From Heteronotia binoei (lineage: Eukaryota), in the NCBI RefSeq assembly GCF_032191835.1, contig NC_083224.1, positions 160,456,001-160,520,000 on the forward strand: a stretch of DNA of 64,000 nucleotides. Direction: 5' to 3'. Every line of letters begins with the position of its first letter. The stretch's first letter is position 1. Below the pieces are notes generated by a model that saw only the letters and a list, made by a program, of their open reading frames with translations, ran no database searches and was not told the DNA's origin. This document shows, piece by piece, positions 13,673 to 25,282 of the stretch. A program made the position numbers and the translations under genes.

Positions 13673-13894
13673 ATGAACATATGAAGAACATATGAAGCTG
13701 CCTTATACTGAATCAGACCTTTGGTCCATCAAAGTCAGTATTGTCTTCTCAGACTGGCAGTGGCTCTCCAGGGTCTCAAGCTGAGGCTTTTCACACCTAT
13801 TTGCCTGGACCCTTTTTTGGAGATGCCAGGGATTGAACCTGGGACCTTCTGCTTCCCAAGCAGATGCTCTACCACTGAGCCACCATCCCTCCCC
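13673..13894 (-). mobile_element. tRNA-derived SINE with CR1-type tail (Squam3-like)
   Basis: Reverse complement head ggggagggatggtggctcagtggtagagcatctgcttgggaagcagaaggtcccaggttcaatccc has A- and B-boxes. Tail is ggcagcttcatatgttc repeats. Confidence 0.88.
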
Positions 13895-14779
13895 TTGAAA
13901 GTGCACTCCAGGTTGTTGACAGTCCACCTCATAGGCAGGCCTAGCTTCAAGGGCAGCTCTGCAGCTCTTGCTCTTTTTGTAAGTCCATTGGAGTCTGGAG
14001 ATGGCAGAACGGATGGAGCATGTGGTCTGGGAACACGTGGCTACCTAGCGCCTTTCCTCTGCAGGAGACCTTTTTTTGAGTCCTGGCCAAGCTTTTTTTT
14101 TGGGGGGGGGGAGTCCTGGCCAAGCCAGTTGGAACTGTGTTCCTGTGCGTTCATGTTAAAAAACAAAAACAAAACCCTGATACTGACCAATGTAGCTGTT
14201 TCTATTATTATAACATTAGGAAATGTGTAGCAGATAAAGTTTAAAATAAGATGAGTTATAGTCAGCCTTCTCAGGAAAGAAGAGCCTTACTTATATGAAA
14301 CTAGTGGGATAATGTAATGGTTTGTTTTTGATATTATGGTAAGTCATTGTAAGCCGTCTTGAGTAGGATTCTGAAGAGGCAGCATAGAAAAGCTTTCATT
14401 CAAAAGTTTTTGGATTATTTCTTTCATCAGGCCTGCATAGTTGCAACGCAGTGTCTTACAGTCACTTCACAGCATTCAGTGAATAAAAAATTTAGCATAT
14501 GTGCATTTTGTGCCTTGAGTATTTTGGAGAGAATTTATATGAAGGCCAAAACAGGCTTTGTAACTGTCACATGGTTATGCCTGCCTGTTGGTTTTTCCCC
14601 CCATGGGAAGATACCATGCGATAGACAGAGCTCTCAGATCACTCTGTCATTTCACAGAGCTAACTGAAGTTCTGCACTTCCAACCTGCTGTCACTTAATA
14701 GTCAGCTTCCTCTCCATCAAACTCCTTCAACTCTTCTTTCTCCTTTTCCTACTTAGCAGCAGCAAGAATTCTTGAGCCT

Positions 14780-16400
14780 GGTTTATGCATATGAGAGGCA
14801 GGGGATGGAGGTTTCTGAGGTACATCCCCTTGAGCTCAACAAGGTCCGCGGGTTCTCCTGCCTGTGGCCCCTCTGAATCAGGTGGGTGGAGGGGTGCCAC
14901 GGATGTGACACTCCCAAAGAGACCCTGAAGGGATCTCCTTTCAGCATGGGGCTTTTACAGCAAGACAGGGGCGCAGCGGCAGCTGTTCCTGTTCTCCCTG
15001 TACACCCTGAAGCTCCCCCCCCCATCGTGATCGGCAATACAGCAGAAAGAGGTGAACACCCAATTGCTTGCTTCTCTTGTTTTCAATAAGCTTTTGATCT
15101 ATAGCTTCTCTATTTCAAGCATGACAATTCTACGTGGCAAGTAAGTGTGCTTTCAATACCACTGGCTAATGGGTCGTTTTACATTACAACAAGTGGGCAG
15201 TTCAAAGGAAGGGAAAGAGGTTGATATCTCCAATTTCACTGTGAATGAGGTCTCGAAAAGCTAAAGAACATTTTTAAGTACTGGAAATAATTTGAATTAA
15301 TCTGAATATGGATACTTAAATCGACCCGGATTATAATTGGATATTTGTTAAAGAGACTATTATTTGGCTGCAATATGGTCTGAACAAAACGAGATATTTG
15401 TTAGAGAGATTTCCTCTTGTTGTCTGATTGAAATTGAAACGCTAACACTCAAAACTACAGCTGGAGGAGATTAGGAAGGATGGACTATCTGGGACTCTGA
15501 GCTACTTTTCAACTTGATTTAATAGACTGAGTTTGTTGACAGAGAAAAATGGCTTTGCTAAGTGAAATCTTCTACAAAAATGATATTTTAAGCAGTTTAA
15601 ATTGTCTGAAGTAGGATCTTGGTTCTTTAACAGAGTTGATTAAGAAACAAATGGGAACTTTTGTGCTGAAAGCTAGCAAAATCTCAAATGTACATGAGCA
15701 GAGTGCTAAAGAGAACCTGGTGATGTCTGTGAAATTGAAATAGGAAAGTAACTCGGGAAATGAAAACACCCTGGAAACATAGTACCAGCGTAGCAAACAG
15801 AGTGGCAGTAGAACCTTGGGAAATGAACAAAAGAAAATCAAAATGGAACCGTATGGCACAGTTAAAAAAGAAGACCGGAAATGGAGATTGACTGAAGCTA
15901 TGCCGAGAGGAACAAAGGCTGTGGAATTTTTCCCACTTTTTTTGAGAGGGATGATTGCATTAAGGAGTAAGAAGGTGCATTTTAACCAGAAAATCATGAT
16001 GTGGAAATCTTTCAGGAAGAAGGGCTTTTTGAACTAGATCTCTCTCTGTGGATAGTCAGATATGGATCTTGCAAGAAAATCTGATTAGTGATATTAAAAG
16101 GCTGTGAGATTTTTTTTGGGGGGGGGGCTATAATAAGTTGTCTTGTCTAGAGTAATATGGACATAAAAGCTAAAGGACTGAAAAGTTTTTGAAAAGGATT
16201 TCATGTAAAAATAGATTAATTTTTAAGAAGGCAGATAGCATAATAATTTTGTAATTTGGTAAATTTGTCTTTAACAGATAATGATATTAGCTTTTTATGT
16301 TTGCTACCGATATAGGAAAACCTACAAGCTAGTCTGTAATTGTTAAGAAGGTAGACACCATAATTATTTTGTAAATTAGTAGATCTCCTTCTTCGCTATG
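14780..16400 (+). mobile_element. Probable L1/Tx1-related 5'UTR plus decayed ORF1 (no ORF2 seen)
   Basis: GC-rich UTR-like start (gagaccctgaagggatctcc..ggggcgcagcggcagc), then ~1 kb of strongly A/G-skewed broken frames rich in K/E, then an AT-rich tail. The assignment is by composition only. Confidence 0.35.
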
Positions 16401-18109
16401 TTGAAAACACCCTGGAAACAGAGTACCAGCATAGCAAACAGAATGGCAGTAGAACCTTTCCTCATCCTGTGCTAGTTTTCTGCTTTCGTGTTTTTTTTTT
16501 TAAAAAAGCTTACATTCAAAGATGGAATCTATCACTTTGGTCCATTCTGCCAGCTCAGGCTTTGCTTCCAAGTGTACCACTTCAGTCTCCTGTGCATGTG
16601 GGTTAGGCCTTAGTCTGTTCTCGCCTTATGAGTTCCAGTCACCTGTCATTTCAGGTAAATTTCTTGTGTAGATAATCTTTTCTGTGGGAAGGCAAGTGGA
16701 TCTCCTGCCTTACCATCACAGTATCAGAAGGATATAAATACGCTTCAGTAGAAGCTAATGCAAACAGCATCAGCAACAATGAGAGAGGTATTCTGAGAAG
16801 GTGCCTGCCCCATTTGTCAGTCTGGAGTATCTGAAGTTCATGGACACCTGGTAATCTTGTAAACAGAGAAATAGCCATTTATCTTATAATGTATTCTTGC
16901 TGTATTTAGATCATCCTTCCCACCAAATCTATATGACCCACAAACAAGGGGGGGAGGGCTGGGGAAATCACATGGGAAAGCATTCATGGAAATAAGCATA
17001 TCAGAAGTTCCATGTGTGAAATTGATTTCAACCCTTGTGTACAGATATTCTTAAATGGCCATACTAAAGAAGAACATTTCCCACAGTTGCAGTCAAAAAT
17101 TCTTCTGGTAGGACTTTATTTAATATATGTAACAGTTGGTTTCAAACCAAGGTAGGATAAAGTAGAGGAAGAGATTGGATAGAACTCCTGTTTTTTCATA
17201 GGACCTTTCCACAGTGGTGATTTTTAACAGTGCTTTCCTCTGATGGTGTATTTTCGCATATTTCCCAGTGCTTTTCCTAAGATCCCCATGAATCTCAAGA
17301 GCAGCATTTGGGGGGATGAAGTAGGATGTATTGGGGAGAAGATAGAGGAATTTTGGTTCCATGAGTGGAGCTCTACTGCTGATTGGATCCAGCATAATAT
17401 GTGTGCCTTTTGGTGTTCTACTGTCTTCATGTTGCTAATATTTCTGCAGATACCAGGCTGGTTTTTGAATGGGGTGTGTGAGTATGCTGTTTTCATGTTA
17501 TGGTCCCTTCTTCCATGACAGTTTGGGATCCCAGAAGTTGCAGTCTGCTACTTTTGTTCTAAACAAGGCGCTTTTTTCCCCTCCTTTAGTTTTTAAATTC
17601 ATCTGAAACTGTACTGAATTGCCCCCCCACACCCATTTGAAACTTTGGGCAATACTAACTGTAAACCAGAAAAGTTGTTTTATAATCAGATACCTGTAGT
17701 ATGTGCACAGCCTGAATCTCACACACCTTAGTATGAGATGTGTTTAAATATGGCACATTGTAATACTTTTATTCAGACTATAGTGATGACAGCATAAGAA
17801 GTTGCCCTTCTCTGTATCTGTGCTTGTTCACCCATGTTTAAATAACAATAAATGTAGACTATTACATTGTATTGTCATGTTGTATTTAATGCCTTTATTT
17901 CATTACTTTAGTTGTAAGCCACCTTAGCAGGTCTCTGCAGAGGCAGCATATAGATTTTCTAAAATAAATAAATTGGGTGGGGGGAGATGACAAATCTGTG
18001 TCGGCTCTCCATTCAGAATGCCAGAAGCAGTGATTTGCATCTGTCTTTATGACACTGCAGCTCACTGTTGTGCTGTTGCCTTTGGATCAAACCAGGTTTG
18101 ATCCAATCT

Positions 18110-18580
18110 CAGTGGTCCCCAACAATTTTTCCACGGGCCAAAGGTGGGGTGGGAGAGTGCATGATGGTTTCAGAATGGCACAATTGTGCACTTTATTTCG
18201 ATTAGTTTGGAGTAGTGGTTAAGTGTGCAGACTCTTATCTGGGAGAACCAGGTTTGATTCCCCACCCCTCCACTTGCAGCTGCTGGAGTGGTTGTGGGTC
18301 AGCCATAGCTCTCACAGAGTTGTCCTTGAAAGAGCAACTTCTGTGAGAACTCTCTCAGCCCCACCTACCGCACAGGGTGTCTGTTGTGTGGGAGGAAGAT
18401 AAAGGAGATTGTAAGGCACTCAGAGACTCTGAGGTTTGGAGTGGAGGGTGGGGATATAAATCCAATGTCGTCATCTTCTTCCATTGTAGTATATAATGAA
18501 ATAATTATACAACTCACAGCCTGGTTGCTAACAGGCCACAGACCAGTACCGGTCCATGGACCGGGGGTTGGGGACGTCTG
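18110..18580. mobile_element. hAT (Charlie-like) MITE split by a SINE insertion
   Basis: Left end cagtggtccccaac and right end gaccagtaccggtccatggaccgggggttggggacgtctg are related to the 5466-5810 element. No clean TSD. Confidence 0.75.
18204..18480 (+). mobile_element. tRNA-derived SINE with L2-like tail, nested in the MITE
   Basis: agtttggagtagtggttaagtgtgcagactcttatctgggagaaccaggtttgattcccc ... ctctcagccccacc..cacagggtgtctgttg ... gggatataaatccaatgtcgtcatcttctt. Confidence 0.88.
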
Positions 18581-18864
18581 CTCTGTCTTACGCAATTCTC
18601 CTCCTTACTTACTGCAGGCCGCATTCCATGTGGCTTTTGTCCTTACAGATTCCATGGTCCCCAGCATAACCCTTTTGCCTTGTCATCAGGAACACACCCT
18701 CCTCTTTTCACCAGTGGAAAAACTGGTTGGATCTAGCTCATTTATTTGCAAAATGCATATTATGTTGAAGTTTGCTATCTTTTGTGCTGAAAAGCCTAGA
18801 TTAATCACAATTTAATTTTGAACTTGATTTTGTTGTTAATTCTGTTAACTGTGCTTACTTTTAG

Positions 18865-18965
18865 TTAACTGCGTGTATTCATGGGTCAGCTGCACTGCTC
18901 TATCCAATGTACTGGCAACACATATACATCCCAGTGCTCCCACCACACCTGCTGGACTACTGCTG
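18865..18965 (+). CDS. DENND1B: DENND1B internal coding exon (DENN core), 101 nt, [33 protein letters not shown]+TG
   Basis: Acceptor gtgcttacttttAG and donor TG|GTAAGC. The peptide matches the DENND1-family motif [16 protein letters not shown] as I recall it. It ends in phase 2, complementary to the next exon. Confidence 0.95.
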
Positions 18966-20469
18966 GTAAGCTAGAAACTATTTTGCTCTTTAGGCAAACT
19001 AACACCTTTTCATGTAGGAACTTAACAAATTTTAGGCTAAACCTAGTTTATGGTAAAACCAAAAGATGCTGCATTCATCAAAACATTTAAGTGTTCTGTT
19101 ATAGATAGGTACTTAAAATCAGCATAACTGTGTAGTATGTAGAGGTACGGTGATTCTTTTTGATCATTGTTGGGCAATCTTCTGTGGCACCCCCAAGGAA
19201 TAGAGTATCTCTCTCTTTAATCTAACAGATTCTGGCTCTCTTCACCCTTAGAAAGACATGCAATACCTTGCTGTTTCAACAGACCTCCTGTTGATAGTTA
19301 CCTGGACATGGCAGTTATGCATATATGGCAATTACCCTTTTAATGTGAGTGTTAGTGAACTTTTTAAAAATTATTTGTGGTTTTTAATGTATGCTGCTTA
19401 GCCACTATGACCTTTTAAATGGAGGAACTAGGATTTAAATCTTGTAAATAAAATTAAAATTAAAATACAGTTGTTTAAAATGCCATATACTGTAGTTGGC
19501 AGGCCATGTTTCATTATGATGTGATTCCCGTAAGGATTCATTAAAAGATAGGATCAAAATCTCAAGAATAGGAATTCACATCTATTCCAGAATCTGGTTT
19601 TCCCTCACTTGTCTTCATCTGGATTTGGACAGCTCACTTATGTTAAACTAAAAGTTTTTTGAAAATCTTGTTTTGAATTTTCATCAGGGAAGGCACTAAT
19701 ATGGTTTCTAGTCCATATTTCTTCTTGTTATAGAACAAGGAGACCCTCAGGAATTAACATCATTCACTTAAGACTGTGTGGTGTCTGGGAAATATAGAGG
19801 AAATTTAGTATTTAGAAAATCCCTGGATTTTTCCCCATCATGATCGATGAAATGTAGGCACTGCTTGGGTGGTCTGCTGTTCTTGTATGTATACAATTAA
19901 ATTTGAGAATTAATGTAGTTTAATATTTAGGCATGAAAGAGGCTATTGCAGTCCTTTCAATATAATTTTTTGCCTAACTTTATTGGGATAGCAATATATG
20001 AAGGCTTGTTTCATTGCATGATGAAGCATCTGTTTTCCTGAAGCTCTATTAGCACTTTAACAGGATTAGATAATTCTATTTAGAGCTGCAAAATGACTTC
20101 ATATGAGATTTCCCTCTGTCTTCCTTAGAGCATAGACAAGCTTCTTTTCACGAGAAAGCTGTAATTATTTTCCAATTAAATTCCATGTTCTGTATTGAAA
20201 AAGTAATTATTTTAGGAAATAATGCTCTAGATTTGAAACCTCTCTCAGTAATAACATGGATAAATGATAAGCAGAAGAGAAAGTATGCATGCATACACGC
20301 TCACACACGCACACATATTGACAGACAGATATTATTTAATACTGTAGGACTTCCATTACAATGCTTGTTGTCCAGTTCATGTTCTCCATAGGCAAAATCC
20401 ATGTTTGTAGAAATTAATCAGACTAAAGTTTCCTCTGGTATCAGTTTTCTCTGGAAGGATGGTGCTGGG

Positions 20470-22627
20470 CAGCCCAATCCAGAGAACCACCGTGTAGCTG
20501 TGCTCAAGTGCAGAACTAGCGTTGGTGGCCACAGTTGGCTTCCAAAGGGGAGACATTACGCCACGCTATGAGGGGGAGAGTGGCCCGGCGAGCAAGAGAG
20601 AACCCGTCACCATGGTGATTCCACCCAGGCACTCGCCATTGGCCCACTGCTGAGGCGGGGGAGGCACAGGCTTGCGCAGGACCAAGGGATTGGCCAGCCC
20701 ATTGCATGTGACCGGGCAAGGGGGAGGAAAGCCCGCGCCTGAGAGGCCGTCAATCCCCTCGCTTCCTCCCACTGTCAGAGACTCTGCCAATGGGCAGGCA
20801 GGCAGGCAGAGGCGTGCGTGGACAAGCAGGAAGTGCCAAGTGCAAAAGTTCACTGTCCTAGACAGCGGCTGGAATGTGTGTCTGGGAGCGGCCAGACCAA
20901 GTCCGAAAGACACCCCCTGGAGCTCCCCCAGTGTTGCCCTGCTGCCGCCCCCTCCCCTGGGGGCCGCAGAACTCAGAGTGCAAGCCGCTGAGCATGCATC
21001 CACTTCAGCAGCCCCCCCCCCATTTGTGCCCTGCGCACAACAGCCCTGTGCGGTCAGGTAGGCTGTCAGCCTGGGCAGGCTGAGGGACAGCACCCCCCCA
21101 CCCCTGTCCAGCCACGCAGGGGCAGTGTGGCAGCTCATAGACCATTCCCCCCCCCCCGAACCAAGTCTGCCCACCCTCCCAGGCATTTCCTTGGAGAGGC
21201 CACTGATGGGGGGGGTAGCCCAGGGAACGTGCAGCAGATGCCAAGCAGGCTCAGACTTTATTTTTCAGGAACAGAGTGCAACAGTGTCTCTGATGCACTG
21301 GGCAGTCTCGCTGTGGCTGGGGCTCCATTCAGAGCGACAGGCAGAAACAGTTGAGGGAGTGGGGGGGGTGGCAGAGCGACATACGCAGAAGCCTCTGTGT
21401 TGGAGTCCCACCTGCAAAATGGAGACAGAGATCAAGAGCACCTGCAGGGGCGGCAGATGGAAGAGCAGGCTGCGTTTCAGCTGGGCGCTCTCTTAAAGGG
21501 ACAGTCTCTGACCCACCTCCCCACAACGGGGCAGCTGCCACCCCCCCCCCCGTGCCCTGCCAGGGGTTGGGAAAGCGGCAGAGGGCAGACAAAGGGAAGG
21601 GAGCAGGCAGCAGCACGGGGTAGCGGGGTCAGCAAATGCCCCCGATGGAGCCCACTGCCAGGTTCAAGTGCCAGAGACACTCGCACACTGAGCGGTTGAG
21701 AGCAAGGGCAGGGGTTGACCGGGGGGGGGGGACGGACAGTGGAACTTACCAAGCCCTGGACGACAGTCCTCACGTGCAGAGCCTCCGGGAGCCCGGAATC
21801 TGTGGAGACCTGGAAACAAGAGCAGTTAGCCCCAGGGAAGAGACCTCTTTCTTCCCCTCGCAAGTCAAAGATACTGTCAAAGTAATCGCGCAGTGCAAAA
21901 CCAGTCACCAATGTGCCTGCCTGTACTTCTAAGTCTGTATGGCCGGGAGCTCGCTGGCAGATCTTCCCGCCATGCGAACCTGTCCCTAACATCTGAGTTG
22001 TGCAAGGCAGAGCGGAAGTATTTCTAGGAAGGGGGAGACCGCGATTGGGTGCTGGGGAGGGGGCTTATCAGCCTGAGGCACGAGGGGATTGGCGAGGCAC
22101 ACCGCTCCCTAAAGGGTTTGCGAGCTTCTGCAGCGGCAGAGGCGACTTTTGTTTTTGGTTTCAATGAGTGCCTATGGGACACGCCGCTGTTTTTGCAGGT
22201 GTAACATTGCATCTCTTGGGGGGGCTTGTCATGGCCCAAACTGCTCAGGAAGCTGTCTAAGCCTAACCGCACTTCCAACTCCACCCCTTCCTCTGCCTGA
22301 ACACCGCATTCTGCCTCACTTAAGCACACACTCGGGCACAGCTCTCAGGTGCTGCTGCCCTGGGGTAGAGCGGCGCGCAGGCAGCTTTACAATCCTCAGT
22401 CTCTCTATAGTGGTTCTATCAAATGCCTATGATGATTTCCAGTTAAATGATAATGAGATGGATGTGCCCAGTAAGAAATGTGCCCATCTACGTAACTCCC
22501 TTCCACTGTTTCGGACCCTTCCTGCACCCATGTAGCGGCTCGTCTTCTCCCAAAAGACTCCCCCCCCCCCCGATTGTGCTGTAAATAATTTGATTCCGTT
22601 AAAAATGTTTTCTTTAAATGAAAATGC
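20470..22627. other. GC/CpG-rich island, probably one or more repeat-derived elements, unclassified
   Basis: Sharp compositional shift with many CpGs. Imperfect inverted termini cagcccaatcc (20470) and gattgggtgctg (to 22054). It runs into an N-gap. Confidence 0.5.
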
Positions 22628-22852
22628 NNNNNNNNNNNNNNNNNNNNNNNNNNNNNNNNNNNNNNNNNNNNNNNNNNNNNNNNNNNNNNNNNNNNNNNNN
22701 NNNNNNNNNNNNNNNNNNNNNNNNNNNNNNNNNNNNNNNNNNNNNNNNNNNNNNNNNNNNNNNNNNNNNNNNNNNNNNNNNNNNNNNNNNNNNNNNNNNN
22801 NNNNNNNNNNNNNNNNNNNNNNNNNNNNNNNNNNNNNNNNNNNNNNNNNNNN
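22628..22852. other. Assembly gap (225 N)
   Basis: N run. Confidence 1.
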
Positions 22853-23329
22853 TATAAGGAACTCGGAGTAATCACATGATATTCTTCTGGGTAACCCCCT
22901 CCCCCAGTCCTCCTCACTGTAACCATTTGGAATGGGTTAGTGAAAGCTACCGACTGGCATAAGGACCAATGACAAAGTATGGAGTTGAATGTGGGTCTCC
23001 TAGTCCAACATTCTAACTGCTGCATCAAACTGGCTCTTGAAGTAGTAAGGAGTCATAGCTACTGTGAGTCAATACGTCTTCTAGAAAGCCTGCAGAGACA
23101 TTCTAGACTTTATAAGTGCTGTCAGGATATGTTATTTTGTTTGTGACTAGAATTGCAACAGTATATGAAAAATGCTTTACAATCCTCAGTCTCTCTATAG
23201 TGGTTCTATCAAATGCCTATGATGATTTCCAGTTAAATGATAATGAGATGGATGTGCCCAGTAAGAAATCCACAACTCGTGTTTGAGCCTAGATTCAAAT
23301 TCAGGACTGAAACCACTGTTGCAATGACC

Positions 23330-23770
23330 ATATTTATTTAATTCACCTTTCTCCCAATGGAGCTTAATGTGATTTATAATATCATCTTAAAAATGTAAAT
23401 ACAAACATAACAAAAACAATAGCTACAAAAAACATAAAATGCACACCCCTGATACAACCAAAACAGTCTATGAAGATAGCTTTCATAGAAATGGCCTTCT
23501 AAGTAACTCCATCTTACACCCTCTTCTAGAAAACGGTATCAAGGAGACTTTTTTGACATTTTCTGGGAGGTCAGTCCCACCAAGTGAGGACCATCACTAA
23601 AATGGGTGATCGGGCTCATCTGTCATTTGTTCAGGGAAACTTATGTATGTAACTCCAATTCAGCAATCAGATCTCTCTTAATCCAATATTGCTGCAAACT
23701 CTGATGCTCATAGAAGATCCTACACATATTATCCAAAGCAACATGCCAGGTCCCAGGTCATCTGGGAAAA
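23330..23770 (-). mobile_element. Old L2-like 3' fragment
   Basis: tttatttaattcacctttctcccaatggagc..., ttctgggaggtcagtcccaccaagt.aggacca.cact and ccaggtcccaggtcat resemble decayed L2 3' ends. Confidence 0.45.
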
Positions 23771-24284
23771 TTTTCAGGGTGAGGTTATAAGAACAAAAAA
23801 ATCATACACATGCCTCAGTGATTTTATTTGGCTCAATTGTGAGGAGTAATGTGTATGTTTCTGTGGAAGTGTTAGATACTGTTTTATTTTTGTCATGTCT
23901 GCTAAAAGAGGGCTGAGTGCTGGAGTGATATGTAAGGAGGGTTTACTGCCAGACTTGTCCGTGTTACCAAAAAGGATTGTTGCAGTTCTTCTTGCCTGAT
24001 TCTTTCTGCTTTAACCAGCAGCCCCATGCTGGTCTGTGATACTGAATCATTGTGTCTCAGGTGAACCTGGTGTTAGGTCATCTGTGCCTGCGATGCATGT
24101 CATGAATGAGGGACATAAATTGGTCCCAGCACACATTCCCTGATGTTGCAAGTCTTTCCCCTGTTGAATCCCTTCTGTGACCCTTGTATTTTGCTGGCCA
24201 CGTGCATCTGAGTACAAAAGACTATGCGATGACAGATAATCAATACCATCAGAATGGGTACCTGTTTGGGAAAATGCAGGGCAA

Positions 24285-24448
24285 NNNNNNNNNNNNNNNN
24301 NNNNNNNNNNNNNNNNNNNNNNNNNNNNNNNNNNNNNNNNNNNNNNNNNNNNNNNNNNNNNNNNNNNNNNNNNNNNNNNNNNNNNNNNNNNNNNNNNNNN
24401 NNNNNNNNNNNNNNNNNNNNNNNNNNNNNNNNNNNNNNNNNNNNNNNN
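24285..24448. other. Assembly gap (164 N)
   Basis: N run. Confidence 1.
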
Positions 24449-25282
24449 TGCTACCATCAGTTTCTAATTTCTTAGACCATTCTGTGTCTGTGTGCTGGCT
24501 GTTGAAAATTCATAAATGCAGAAGGGAATGTGTGCAGTGTTCTTGCCTAGTAACAGATCTGTGGGGAGGAAGAGCTCCTCCAGGGATGCTGAAGTATTGG
24601 ATAGCCAACAGGAAAGGAAGCCTTAAGTTGCAAATCTATTGTGGTTCTTTGGCAAATCATTTTTGGGTAGCCATTCTGGTACCAGCTGCTTTTGCATCTC
24701 ACTGGGGACGGGTGAATAGTTTACTAAATTATCAAGTCCCAGACATAGGCTGGTTGTCACTTACTGGATCTGGCATATTTTGGCCAGAATCTTTTAAACA
24801 TATGCTTATAAATATTTGTTAGTGAAGATGCAGAAATCTTGTAGCTTAGATTGTCATTTTGTATTTTATTAAAGATTCTGAATGCAAATAAAATGAGCTA
24901 TCAGTACAAGGCTAAACCTCTACCAAATGTGTGCTCTACAGAAGTGTACGGAAATGAATGCTATTTTATTTTTCAGATTTAGATGTACTCACATTTTTTT
25001 TTTTGCTGGCTTTTTCCTAGCTGAAAAAAAATTAAGAAAGAACACTTATCTCTACATATGCTTTGTCATGATATTCCTAGTTCACAGAATCTTTGTCAGT
25101 TCAGTACAATCTGCCACAATGTTATAATACCTTGTCTCCTAGTCAGAATACAAGAAGAGGGTTATTTACTACTCAACAGTTGGATTATCAAACTGTGAGC
25201 CCAGTCCATAATTCTTAATACTTACAGAAGAGTATAAGACTGTTTACAATGTACAGTTTATTTTTTTTTTTTAAAAAATAGT

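Noticed and set aside
1-18864. Upstream DENND1B exon expected to encode RNLTEYFVAVDVNNMLQLYASMLHERR
   Set aside because: I searched by eye, including the acceptor-like site near 9355, and found no matching frame. It probably lies before the window, but a tBLASTn search would settle this.
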